DNA from: Octopus vulgaris
Lineage: Eukaryota
Length of the DNA: 64,000 bases
Assembly (NCBI GenBank): GCA_951406725.2
Contig: OX597828.1
Location: 56,172,001 to 56,236,000, forward strand
Direction of reading: 5' to 3'
Numbering within the stretch: the first letter of the stretch is position 1; each line of letters opens with the position of its first letter. The position numbers and the translations under genes were made by a program. Shown piece after piece: positions 42,180 through 55,265 of the stretch. The notes under the pieces are model-generated. The model had not been told where the DNA came from. It was given only the letters and a program-made list of their open reading frames with translations, and did not search any database.

Positions 42180-42560
42180 ACTCAACTATATTATCGAACA
42201 TTCCATTATAAGGAAATATTCGAAAAGGTCAAAGTTTTCAAAAAGGTTTTCATCGTCTTGGTTTTGGTCAGCAGGAAGCGGTTTTAGCACAAACATGATA
42301 GCCACACGTCTCATACCCAAATCTTCAGTGCTAATGGACTGAACTGATCCGTGACTAATCCGTACATCCTCTGATAGCTGACGGATGGTAATTCGGCTGT
42401 TTCCCTTCATAGCTACATGCATATCTGCGATGTTTTTCTCAACACTGTCGGTTGCGGGTCTCCCAAAACGTTCGTCAATATCGCAAGAAAGCTCTGGAAG
42501 AGAATCTTGGGGGTTTTGCCAGGGCATGCTTACACGCTTTGAGGAGGATGGTTGGGAAAC
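42180..42560 (-). mobile_element. Decayed mariner N-terminal fragment
   Basis: DERFGRPAT..NSRITIRQLSEDVRISHGSVQSISTEDLGMRRVAIMFVLKPL corresponds to the second HTH plus the WVP-linker region. Confidence 0.8.
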
Positions 42561-42839
42561 CGTCTGGACCAGCAGCTGAGTTTGTGTCCTCTTCATCTAT
42601 GGCTAGTAGGACATCTTTTTCGCTATATATATATAAGTAGGTGAATGAATTATCCTATGTTTATCGTCAGCATGGAAAATTCGTTTAACCGAAACCTTGG
42701 TAGCAAATTCAAGTCATAAAACACGGTTGAAGCGATCTGTCAAGGGTAGAAACTCCGGGTTCATGTGTAGAAATTTGTGTGTTGTATATGAATAAATGAA
42801 AGAATGGAGTCGAACGAAGATGTTAACAAAATTCCTTTA

Positions 42840-42921
42840 CTCTCGACACATGTTTCGAAGACAGCATATTTTCATTCCGAAGGAATAAAGGGTGCATTAT
42901 GCAATCTTCTCATCAGGAAAG
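42840..42921 (-). ncRNA. Type-I hammerhead ribozyme, canonical core
   Basis: Minus strand: CUUUC-CUGAUGA-GAAGA(..GCAUA..UAUGC..)UCUUC-GAA-ACA(UG)UGU-C^GAGAG. All core nucleotides are present, with a GUC triplet, 5-bp stem I, G-C-closed stem II and short quasi-palindromic stem III. Confidence 0.85.
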
Positions 42922-43355
42922 GAGCCTCTCTCAACAACAAGGCAAACAAAAATTTAGATGATTGCCTACATTGTGGACGTGAAGCTAATTGTTAAAACCA
43001 CAGTCACTATCGTTATCATTTATATGATATAAATGAAAACGATATATCATATAAATGATAACGATAGTCACTGTGGTTTTAACAATTAGCTTCACGTTCA
43101 CACCACTGCTATAGAGAAATTCTTCACTAAGCCTCCGAACATTCATTCAATCAACGTACACTTCCCCTTCCCTACCTATTACTCCTTTATATCTTCCATT
43201 ACTACTACCTATCTTTGATGTCTGTCTCTCTCTCACACACACAGACACAAATGCAGTTATATACACACGCACATACACACACAAACACACGCACTCATTA
43301 ACACAAGCACACACCCACACATTTCCATACATACAGCAAACATACTGTCCCCTAC

Positions 43356-43578
43356 AACAACAGTTTGCTGGACATTGTCGTAGAGCTGAAAAATAGGTAA
43401 TTTCTACTCTTCTCCTCTGGAAGCCATCTACTCGCACTACCAGAGGGCGCACACTCTCCTACTCTGATGTAATCTCCAGGGATACAGGCATCCAGCAACA
43501 GGACCTCTGTAATGCCATGATGGACCGTGAAGTCTGGTAAATTCCATTGCCTCGACAACCGTCAAACAATGAATGCAA
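43356..43578 (+). mobile_element. 5'-truncated RTE-clade LINE 3' end with 12-bp TSD, nested in the fold-back element
   Basis: TSD ACTGTCCCCTAC at 43344-43355 and 43579-43590. Reads FAGHCRRAEK*VISTLLLWKP..RGRTLSYSDVISRDTG..LCNAMMDREVW, a typical RTE C-terminus. Confidence 0.85.
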
Positions 43579-43732
43579 ACTGTCCCCTACCTATTTTTAC
43601 TTCCTCCTGCTATCCATTTTTGACGTCAATGCTTATAACGGATTTTTTTAAAAATCTCATTATCGCTTGGGCTACTATGTAGGCAATCATCTAAATTTTT
43701 GTTTGTCTTGTTGTTGAGAGAAGCTCCTTTTA

Positions 43733-43813
43733 TTTCCTGATAAGAAGATTGCATAATGCACCCTTTATTCCTTCGGAATGAAAATATGCTGTCTTTGAAA
43801 CATGTGTCGAGAG
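43733..43813 (+). ncRNA. Type-I hammerhead, degenerate twin (CUGAUAA, G8A)
   Basis: Inverted copy of 42840-42921 with G8 changed to A and C11.1 changed to U. Confidence 0.65.
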
Positions 43814-43860
43814 TAAAAGAATTTTGTTAACAACTTCGTTCGACTGCATTCTTTCATTTA

Positions 43861-43941
<81 letters not shown>

Positions 43942-43950
43942 TTATATGCA

Positions 43951-44007
<57 letters not shown>

Positions 44008-44009
<2 letters not shown>

Positions 44010-45249
44010 CAGAGTCACCCCATAAAAGAATGCATTTTTCGATACTTCTTTTATTTTTCAAAATTAAGATAAACAAATTCTATTTTAGTCTGAAATATAT
44101 CTGCCTTGTAGACTTGCAAGATCTTTCTTCAAACCTTTACATGCCTGTGATGAAAAATGCTCTTCCTGTATTGTTCTGGCCTCGTCTAGAAAACTCTTCT
44201 CTTTTTCTGTCCAAATGACTTTGAAGACTCCGGAATAAATAATAATCAAATGGAGCAATGTCCGGCGAATATAGTGGGTGCTCCAGCCTTTGGAATTTCA
44301 TCCTCGCTGTATGTGAAAAACACACTTCATCTTGAAGAACATCTTTCGTCTGATGGAAGATCACCTGATGGAAGAACACCTTTCGTCTTGAAACCAATGA
44401 TGGTAGTTTCTCTTCTAGCGCTGACTAAAGCCGCTGAAGCTGCTCGCAGTGGATCTCCTTTTTTATCGCTTTGCTTGGGTTGAAAGGTTAAAAATGGACT
44501 AAACCCTAAACCAAATCCCACCAAACAGTTAAAACAGCTTACGTGGGTGAAGACAGTCTTTAGCCTGAGATGCCAGTGTTTCTCTTTTCCATACCCGATA
44601 TCTTCGGGGTTTGACATTTTAAAAGAGAAATCCAATCTAGTTGCCAGTCACTATTTAGTCCAAAAAAGGTTTATTCGGGAGACTTGACCGCAAGGGAAAG
44701 CCCACACTCCTTCTCAGCGCGATTAGACTTGGAAAGTTTGTGAGGAACCTACTGACGCAAGTTGATGACCTTTTTGATGGCACGCAATTGTCAATGAATG
44801 GTTGATGACCATATCCAAACTTCTGTGCAGGTTTCGCGACAGTTGCGGTGGGATTTTGTGCCACCACCATGGTTGCAGGGCTTCCTCGTCGATTTTCCAG
44901 GACGTGGTTCCTCTACTAGGCTTGTAATTTCTGGAACAACTGTTGACACTGGCTTAAGCTTATTGTCTGATCCCCTTATACTTTATTAATATTCCTCGCA
45001 CTTTCACTTGCACCGTTGCCTCTATTGAACTCACAATGCAAATTACGCCGAATATGCTCCTTTGTCACTTCCATTAAGGCTTTGAAAAAAATAACTGTTA
45101 AAATCAAACTGCACTCTTCAAAATTTGTATAAGAATAAGAACTAGGTAACATTACTTCCTGCTTTCATAGCAAGTTAATGAAGGTAATTTATCCCCTCCC
45201 CCTCCCACTTTTAGTACAAAAACCGCATTATTTATGACATGATCCAATA
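44008..45249 (-). mobile_element. Old full-length-size mariner with degenerate TIRs
   Basis: Ends TACAGAGTCACCCCATAAAAGAATGCATTTT and AAAACCGCATTATTTATGACATGATCCAATA are imperfect inverted repeats ~1240 bp apart. Minus-strand HPLYSPDIAPFDYYLFRSLQSHL and EEPRPGK..VAQNPTAT. Confidence 0.85.
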
Positions 45250-46125
45250 TATTTATGCGTGTGTGTGCATGTGTCTGTGCGTTTATTTTTGTCTATGTAT
45301 CAATTTATATAATAGTACACATTTGTAAATTCAATGTTTGTTTTATGATAAAGATGATACATCATTATGAATAAACAATAATAAATAAGTCGTTTTCATT
45401 TGCCAAAGCACGAAGCGACTTCAGCTATCATGGAATACAATATACCACTTGGAGAGGTATTGTGTTACTTACAATAACATTACAATCATTATTAGACATC
45501 GAAATCAATGGTAAGCTACATTTCTATTTACTCCTAAAAACACTATAACTTTTCAGCTTTAGAATAGTTTCTTTTGCTGATAAACAATACCGCGGCGCCA
45601 TTTTATTAGCGAAATAAATAAATGTTGTCTATTGGAATTCATTTCTAGATATCTTTTAATAACCTAACTTCGGAAGAATGTGCCATCATCGTATTGTAAA
45701 CTGGAAAAGCGATTTCAATAATTACAAATTTATAACATTAGTTCTAATTCAATGTTACAGGTATGTGTGTCTTGAGAATTGGAACCTCCACAATCGTCAC
45801 ATTTATTGAATTGTAAATGGTTTTGAGACAGGCAACAGCTTAATATCATATTTTGTATGATACCGAGGAGTTAACTATCTAAATAATATTTATGTGTGTT
45901 CATTATCTAAGGGTAATTTAATTAACACGTTATTAAAATTTCAAGCCTCTTGTTGATTATTGGGAAAGCATGTAAACGCATAGATGTGATACCTCAAAAT
46001 TGAATAGATTTACTCTGCAATTCAGAAGGAAACAACGTAACAGAAATACAAGGTTACCCTTCGCTTCCTCGAACAACAACACCACCCCTCCTTATTCTCA
46101 TTATTATTATCATCATGTTCATCAA

Positions 46126-46182
46126 TCTTCTTCTTTTTCTTCTCCTTCTTCTTCTTCTTCTTCTTCTTCTTCTTCTTCTTCT

Positions 46183-46229
<47 letters not shown>

Positions 46230-46300
46230 TTCTTCTTCTTCTTCTTCTTCTTCTTCTTCTTCTTCCACTTCCTCTTCTTCTTCTTCTTCTTCCTCCTCTT
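46126..46300. repeat. (TCT)n microsatellite
   Basis: Direct reading. Confidence 0.95.
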
Positions 46301-46387
46301 TTTCTTTTTTCTTATTCTTCCCCCTCTTCCTCTTCTACTTCTCTTCTTTTCCTCCTCCTCCCTCGCCTTCATCTGTTTGCTGTTGTT

Positions 46388-46459
<72 letters not shown>

Positions 46460-46460
<1 letters not shown>

Positions 46461-48123
46461 TATGCTTGACTTTTGCTTTACATTTGTACAAGTTGGCTCC
46501 ATGTCTCACTCAGAGACCTCAAGAGACAACAAGTTGGAAGTTCATGTTGGTGTTATGCCTAGAGTGCCATATATTTGGTTTTCTACTTAGTGTTGTACTA
46601 TTGAATGTCTAAGAAAACATACGAAAATTATGTTTGTTTTAAAAGTTGAGATTATATAGAAAGTATTTTACGTAGTATATGAGCATTTACCATGAGCACT
46701 ATCTTTTGAATTTCTGCCATTTTGGGGTTTCCTGGTATAGGTGTTAGGGAGCAATCAACCCCTTTTCTATCATTCCCAGGGCACCTATGCCAACAGGTAT
46801 TGTTTTAGTCTTCAGGTTCCACATTTTGCTGATTTCTATTTGAAGATCTTTATATTTTATTAGTTTTTGGTAGGTCTTGACAGATTCATTTATATCGATT
46901 GGGACAGTCATATCAATGAGGAGGCATGATATTTGTCTGAAGTCTTTCAATATGATGTCTGGCTCATTCACATCTAATTTTCTTTCAGTTTGAATAATGA
47001 AGTTACAGAGGAGTGAGATGTGATCATTTTCAAGCAGTAGAGGGGGTTTGTGTTCCCACCAGTTTTTATTTTGGTGCAAGTTCAGGCTTTTAGAGTGAAT
47101 ATATTGTGCAGCTCTATCATGCCTGGCGAGATACTCTGTAGGCGTAAGAAGACTTCACTTGGAGACAACATGATCAATGGTTTCATTTTGTTGTTGACAT
47201 ACACGACATGTTGGGCTTCTGCCGTTCTTTAATATGTTGGCCTGGTAGTTCCTTGTAGGTAAGCATTGATATTGAGCTACTATGATAAGCCCTTCAGTTT
47301 CAGATTTTAAGCCAGATGCCATTAGCCATTGACGGGTCAGGGTTTTGTCAACACCAGCATTATTCGCTCTCTTTGGGTATTTGCCATTGGGAGGTTTTTC
47401 TTGCCCTTTATCAATCAGAATATCTAAGGCAGAAGTTTTAGCACGGGTTTTCATGCGCTTAGCTGTTTCTATGCTTGTTTCTTGTATGTCTAATTCTGAA
47501 ATTTGTTGTATTCGGAATTCACTTAGATATTCCTTTGCCTGTTTTGTTACTGAGTATGATGCTTTCTTGTTTTTCATGTTTTGAGACAAGTTTTAACATC
47601 CAGTCCTCAGAGGTTTTCAGGTAGGTGTCTAGGCCAATTGTAGCAATCTTCATTGTTATTGCTAGTTGTAAAAGTCCACGGCCTCCATCTTTTCTTAGCA
47701 GATAAAGTCGTTCTATATCTGCCTTAGGGTGGTGCATTCTATGCATTTTCACCAGTTTTCGTATTTTTGTGTCAAGATTACATATTTCAGTAATTGACCT
47801 GTTAACGATATTGAAACTGGTATGGTAAAGCATTGATCGCTTCGATCGTGTTTCTCGCATTCAGCTCTGTCTCGAGTATTGCTTTTACTCTGCGATAACA
47901 ATCTCTCCTAATCCGTTCCTTCATCACTGAATGCCTTATTCCGTCTCTTTCAATTACCCCTAGGAATTTGTAGCTCTCCGCTGGGTCTAACTCTTTTATG
48001 ACATTCTGCTGGTCAATGTTAACGTTAGATGTTTCTGTCATTTTGCCTTTGATAAAGGTAGCTTTTGCACATTTATCGAGGCCTAATTGCATTCTGATGT
48101 CATCACTGAATTGTTTAACAACT
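46460..48123 (-). mobile_element. Second, diverged, frameshifted R4/Dong-clade element inserted in (TAA)n
   Basis: ORF pieces LGLDKCAK, YKFLG, MHHPKADIERLY..GGRGL, GLKSETEG..PTRNY..CRVCQQQNETIDHV and EPDIIL..IDMTVP..KYKDL. Its ~200-nt 3' UTR differs from the first copy. (TAA)n at 46391-46459 and 48124-48205. Confidence 0.93.
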
Positions 48124-48140
48124 ATTATGATTATTATTAC

Positions 48141-48204
<64 letters not shown>

Positions 48205-49060
48205 ATTATCTACTAGTTCAACAAAGGTGAAACATAGATCGTGCTACTTTTTTTGGCAAAATGACCTACCATGTTTAAATGTACAATTTCGCATTAAAAT
48301 ATTTCAAAATAACTAAAAATTACAACAGAAATTATTGCAGTGCATTGCTAAGAATTGAAAAAATATTTCTCCCTTGTTTCTCATATTTTGTTTGGGCATT
48401 GTTGTGTGGATATGCGTCTTTGTATATGTAAAATATAGTGTTATTTGAGAGTACATATAGGTATGCGCCGTACAGTGCTCTATAGCATATCTCCTAATAA
48501 ATCCTGATTTACTGGCAATTAGTACTATATCTAAATTTGAAAATACAACATTTGTAAACATCATGTTTCAACTAATCTGACAGTAGTTTTAAATGATTTT
48601 AGCCAGTTACCTGTGCTAAATAACTTTTCAATTCTTCAAACACAGATTATGTTTCACAAGAAAACAATTACTCTGAGACTGACAGACGACTACCTTAATA
48701 TAGTTATTGCTGCTGTCAAGCTAATTTGATTTTACAACGTTGAAGCATTCATTTAGACACAATATTTGTATGCTTTCAATAACATAGCTTGGCAGTTACT
48801 TATGAGTAACAGAATATATGCTTTGGCAGAATGGTTATAAATATTTTGGTGAACGAAGTAAAGTAGAACATAAAATATATAATTGCTAAAATATAGTCTT
48901 GTGATAAATAATAACGTGAGTTTTCAAATAGTATATTAATTCATCACAAAGTTAACAACATATAACTCATTGCATGCATGTATGTATGTATGTATGTATG
49001 TATGTATGTATGTATGTATATATTTATGTATGTATGTATGCATGTATGTATGTATGTATG

Positions 49061-49093
<33 letters not shown>

Positions 49094-49107
49094 GTATATA
49101 TATATAA

Positions 49108-49189
<82 letters not shown>

Positions 49190-49221
49190 AATGAAAGCAA
49201 TAAGATGAAAAAACACAAAAG

Positions 49222-49555
49222 CACCGCCTTTAGTCGAGCCTTTGTAAGGCTAGTACTTATTCTATCGGTTTTTCTTGCCGAACCACTAAGTAATGGATAC
49301 GTAAACACACCCAGCATCGGTTGTCAAGCGATGTTGGGGGAACAAACAGAAACACACAATCACAGACATACATATACACCCAAAAATATGTATATGACGG
49401 GCTTCTTTCAGTTTCCGTACACCAAATCCACTCACAAATCTTTGGTCAGCCCGAGGCTATAGTAGAAAACACTTGCCCAAGGTGCCACGCAGTAGGACTG
49501 GAACCGGAAAATGTGGTTGCTAAGCAAACTACTTACCACAAAGTCACTCCTCCTC

Positions 49556-49558
<3 letters not shown>
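49222..49558 (-). mobile_element. SINE family B with tRNA-like head
   Basis: Minus: AGGAGTGACTTTGTGGTAAGTAG..CCGGTTCCAGTCCTACTGCGTGGCACCTTGGGCAAGTG..GTGAGTGGATTTGGTG..GGAAACTGAAAGAAGCCCGTC. Confidence 0.85.
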
Positions 49559-49589
<31 letters not shown>

Positions 49590-49863
49590 AAATAATATAT
49601 AAATATAAAAATATACATACATATATATATATATATAATTGTATATATATATATTTGAAATTTATAAATTTAAATTATTTAAATAATTTTTAACTTTTAT
49701 ATTTTTAAATTAATTTTATGTATTGGCTTATGTTTTTCACTGTTTGATTTGCCTAATAGTGGTTTTATCTTTAATTTAATATAATATAATATAATATATT
49801 TATACTATAAAATTGGATTTAATCCTAAATCTAATTATTCCCTGTAAGTTTAGATTTATTCCC

Positions 49864-49894
<31 letters not shown>

Positions 49895-49900
<6 letters not shown>

Positions 49901-50355
49901 GTAAAAAGTGAAAAAACTACAGAAGGCTTAAAGGTTAAAAATATATATATATTTGCGTCAATATGTCTGAAGAATATTAAAAATTTTTTTCTTACAATGA
50001 CATAATTTAGAAGAAAGACCGGTTTCGCGTTTAGCTTTTCAAATTTCTTGCGACGTTATGTTTATCTTGAACAGAGTTATCTTTATGTTTATGTTTAAAG
50101 GAGTTCAGAACTCTTTTAAACATAAACATAAAGATAACTCTGTTCAAGATAAACATAACGTCGCAAGAAATTTGAAAAGCTAAACGCGGAACCGGTCTTT
50201 CTTCTAAATTATGTCATTGTAAGAAAAAAATTTTAATATTCTTCAGACATATTGACGCAAATATATATATATTTTTAACCTTTAAGCCTTCTGTAGTTTT
50301 TTCACTTTTTACTATTTTCAATATATTCAACGACGTGCTTTCACAAACCAACTTT

Positions 50356-50358
<3 letters not shown>
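49895..50358. mobile_element. Near-perfect palindrome (212/211-bp arms, 1-nt loop at 50107) plus 40-nt unpaired tail, between (TA)n tracts
   Basis: 49895-50106 vs 50108-50318: by eye only two substitutions and one 1-nt indel. Confidence 0.95.
50011..50049 (-). ncRNA. Minimal type-I hammerhead, U3-A8 variant (twin at 50165-50203 + has GGAA)
   Basis: Minus: AAGAAA-U-UUGAAAA-GC(UAAAC)GC-GAAAC(CG)GUC^UUUCUU. 6-bp stem I and palindromic ACCGGU stem III. Confidence 0.7.
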
Positions 50359-50438
<80 letters not shown>

Positions 50439-50455
50439 ATATATATATATATATA

Positions 50456-51407
50456 TATAAAGATTAATAGAATGAGAACAAATTTCAGGAGTCAGAGTTC
50501 ATTTCGTCAATACATTTCCCAACATCGGAGTATTCATAAAAATCTACGTAAATATAAACATGTAGATACAATATACAATTTAGAATATAAATATACTCAC
50601 ATGATATTGTATGGAATTGTATGTCCGTTCTTGGAATCAAACACGGTCAAAATTGCATTAATCGGAATTGTGAAATGGATGTTTCAAAATTATTTTAAGA
50701 GGAATCAATAGGTAAATCCAGTGAAAGTTCAAATTCTTACGCCTGTATCAAGAACAAGTGTTATGAAGTGAGCGAACCATTTCCACCCATCTCAGTTATC
50801 CACATTTCTTTCCTCAGGGGTGAATTAAGGGAATTTAAAAGATGAAAAAAAATTAATATATTTAAAAATCCTTAAATTTAAAATGTTTGAGGATTGGAGC
50901 GAAAGTACATGCTGTTCGGGCGTATGAGACACAGTGTAACTTCGCTTCAAGCTTAAATTTAAAAAACAATATTGTTTAAATATGTTTTTAAGATTTAAAA
51001 AATAATCTTTTAAATTCCCTACATCATCTCTGAAGAAAGAAATGTGGATAACTGTGTTGGATGGAAACGGTTCGCTCACTTCATACCACATGTTCTTGAA
51101 ACAGCCGAACGAGTCCGAACTTACACTGGATTTACTTATCTATTTTTTCTTAGAATCATTTTGAACCACCCTTCCATCCATTTGATAATTTCGATGAAGG
51201 CAATTTTGACCGTGCATAAATTTCTTATTCATTCCAAACACGGAAATACAATTTCATACGATGTCACGCGAACATATTTATGTTTTATATTTAACATTGT
51301 ATCAGCATATTTATATTTACGTTTATATTTATAAAGTATTCCGATGTTGGGAATATATTCACAAAAAAAATCTAACTAATTTTTATCTCTTTCTAATGAT
51401 CTTTATA
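50456..51407. mobile_element. Large diverged fold-back element (~470-bp arms, centre ~50922) with degenerate hammerheads
   Basis: Paired blocks include TTCCCAACATCGGA/TCCGATGTTGGGAA, CACGGTCAAAATTGC/GCAATTTTGACCGTG, TATGAAGTGAGCGAACC/GGTTCGCTCACTTCATA and CAGTTATCCACATTTCTTTC/GAAAGAAATGTGGATAACTG. Confidence 0.9.
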
Positions 51408-51481
51408 TTTCATGATGCTCTATTAATTCGAGCGCTAGTTTGTTGTGCTGTACAGTGAGTTAGTCTCCTTCCTACTTATTG

Positions 51482-51745
<264 letters not shown>

Positions 51746-51819
51746 ATATATATACACAAACTGATACATACAAAAACACGTATAAAAAGGCATGTATAGG
51801 CGAACTAATGTATGTATAT

Positions 51820-51851
<32 letters not shown>

Positions 51852-53281
51852 TATATATATATATATATATCAGTATAGGGTTGTGTGTGTGTGAGTGTGT
51901 ATGTGTGTGTATATGAATATATGTGTATATTTATCCCTAGGAAAACATCGTCTCCAGCTAGCTATCTACGCACTAACTGCGTCCTCATATTTCCGAACAA
52001 AGAACCCATACGACCAGGAAAATTCCCGTAAGCAAAATGCCCTGCAAACATAAACACGAAATATCAAATCCTCTCTCTCTGTCAATGCATCGGAAACACG
52101 TCAACCCAATTCCGTTTAAATAAAGAAAGCCTGCTCATTAAAAGAATATGAACCACTACTGTATATCTTTTAGAAAGAAAAGAATATACTAAAGAGAAAA
52201 AGGCAAAAACACTGCAAAAATACACAATATCTTCACAAAAAAACCTAGATAGTAACAGACATAATTTAAAAAGCCTTCGTAGCATTCTTCTACGCGGGTT
52301 TCGAAACAGCAACACCAAATCACCATAGAGTAACACCATACAAACATCAGTTTTTCACGTCGCCCCACACTAGATCAATGAACTATTACGTCCGATGAAA
52401 GCCGAATTTCAGCAAATACAACAAAATAACCTTTTAAGAGAATCAACCAACTAGAACGGTTGATTACCATTCCCCACTCGGAACGATAAACTTGAACACC
52501 AGAAATACTAGACAACACCAGGATTTTAACTACAAAAATCAGACCCGTTTTAACCACATCATAGATTAATGTTTCTGCTCTAAACGCCATTGTGTTGAGA
52601 TTTTCTGCTGAATCTCAAATTTGAGGGGAACTAAACTAATCAACACCGCTTTGGGAGAGAATCCACAACCACAAATCTTGCATACCAATACGATGGGATT
52701 GCATTCCATTTCGTTCGCCCAGTAATTTATGGATGTTATGCACAAAATAAATGAGAATTCTTTTCCGTTTTTTAAAACTGAAGCGCAAGCGGTATTCGGT
52801 AGTTTACCACCAGAGATATTAAATGATGTTTTAAACAGCAATAAGATGAGCTTCTAATGTTAAATTATTGGTGTAACTTTAAAGCCAAAGAATATAACAT
52901 TTTATAAAATAGAACACCGTGGAGTCATTTTATTAGGAAAATATATAGATCTTGTCGAAATGAATTTAGTTCAAGATGTCTATTATTGATCAGATTGAAG
53001 GAATATTTGCCTTATATTAATGATAATGGAACTAAAGATAATAGTAAAAATAGGCATGCAATATTTGTTTTATTTCAGTGTGTTAGGTGTCTCTTAGGAA
53101 ACAGTAGTTTCAGATATGTCGTTCTCGCAGAATTATTTAGAAGAGATACCTATTTAAATGGTATCTAAGAAATCGCTAGGGAGCTAAGAATCGACTCTTC
53201 CTGTATACTTTTAATGTAAAGCTAATGTCATTTGATATTTATTTCAGATACCAAATTTATTTCCTTAATGGGACAGCACAA

Positions 53282-53379
<98 letters not shown>

Positions 53380-53849
53380 GTATATGAATATATATTTTTT
53401 ATGTATGTATGTATGTATGTGTGTGTGTATACACATACAAATACACACACATTACACTGTGACAAACGCATATTCACACCGTGTATATATAGAAACATAT
53501 GTATAAGACAATAATTCATGCAAGCTAAACTACACTAAAGTATACGTGTACACTTACATAAAGCCTACTTCAGTTCCGACACAACACATACGCACTACTA
53601 TGCAAAGACATTATTCAACTCATTTCCCTCTTCACACATCATAACCGCTCTCCCCTTCCCCCCAAAAAAAACATTCCCACTGCACACAGACAAGCACAGA
53701 ATGCTGCTCAGCATTCACACCGCACAACACACAAAACTATATCTACACACACGCAACATGTATAGAGAAACGTCACCCACAAACATACACTGTACACCTG
53801 CTTGTTCCTACATACGTCTTCGTCTTTTGTATTCTGTAAATTTGATCTG

Positions 53850-53908
<59 letters not shown>

Positions 53909-54213
53909 ATACATATCAACAAGTTACTTCTGTGTGTGCGTTATATTTCATGTACAAAGGAAGGAATATGGTAATAAATTGCTAGGCAACGAAACAGCAT
54001 TTTTTTCTTTTGTCTACAGTAAAACTGTATCAAGTAATTTTCACAGTCATTGTAATATTTATATATATGTGTGTGTGTCTATGTGTGTGTGTCTGAGTGT
54101 ATGTGTGTGCGTGCGTGTGTATATATACACATATGTATATATGCACATACATATATACACACGCATGTATATATACACACACATATATGTAAATAGATAG
54201 AGAGATAGATAGG

Positions 54214-54307
<94 letters not shown>

Positions 54308-54308
54308 C

Positions 54309-54363
<55 letters not shown>

Positions 54364-54395
54364 CAGACAGATAGATAGATAGATAGATAGATAGT

Positions 54396-54474
<79 letters not shown>

Positions 54475-54689
54475 CGTGAGAGAGAGGTAACAAATAGTGA
54501 GATATCATCCCTTAATTCATAGTCTTCTCTCTTGGCACACCAGGCTAACAAAATTATTTAGATTAGTGAAGAATTCCAATTAATCTCTTGGTAGGGTCCG
54601 AAGTTTATGGTTCATCACAATTCTATATTGGAAATACACGAATGGGCTTCACAAAACTGATTTTCACAGAGTAAAATATAGAAACAAAT

Positions 54690-54950
54690 TTAAAATAATG
54701 GCCATTTATTTTAAAAGCAAATTTGGCTTACAGCTGTTTCCAGTAATCATTATAACTACAGTCCTGCAATCGCTCTGACGAAATGAGCAATAATTTCCTT
54801 AGGTTGTTCAATTGACATCTGTTGATGAATAGACCAATTGAATCTACCTATCAGGATGGTACTTATAATGACTACAGGAAACAGCTGGACGCCAAATTGG
54901 TGCTAATAATGGAATTTTGTGTAATTACCGTTATTTTTAACTTGCTTCTT
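54690..54950. mobile_element. Decayed asymmetric fold-back element with hammerhead remnants
   Basis: AATTTGGCTTACAGCTGTTTCCAGTAATCATTATAA (54720-54755) is inverted at TTATAATGACTACAGGAAACAGCTGGACGCCAAATT (54863-54898). GCT-CTGACGA at 54772-54781. Confidence 0.6.
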
Positions 54951-54995
54951 ATATACGCACACGTATTCATACATACATGCATACATATATATGTG

Positions 54996-55026
<31 letters not shown>

Positions 55027-55151
55027 GTATGTATAAATATATATATATGTGTATATATATGTATATGTAGATATGTACATATATGTATATATGTACATAT
55101 ATGTATATATACATATATATATAATATGTATATATAATATGTATATATATG

Positions 55152-55182
<31 letters not shown>

Positions 55183-55232
55183 TTATATATATATATATAT
55201 CTACATATGTATATTTATATACGTTTATATAT

Positions 55233-55265
<33 letters not shown>

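Larger units (their letters stand above)
42785..43868. mobile_element. Composite fold-back element: ~190-bp outer inverted repeats with hammerheads, inner 59-bp-arm palindrome, abutting (TA)n
   Basis: 42785-42971 is the reverse complement of 43677-43868; 42973-43031 is the reverse complement of 43043-43101. Confidence 0.9.

Noticed and set aside
51930-52860. Strand-biased, coding-like region possibly from a decayed Penelope or LINE ORF
   Set aside because: Many stops and no unambiguous RT or endonuclease motif; the class cannot be assigned by eye.
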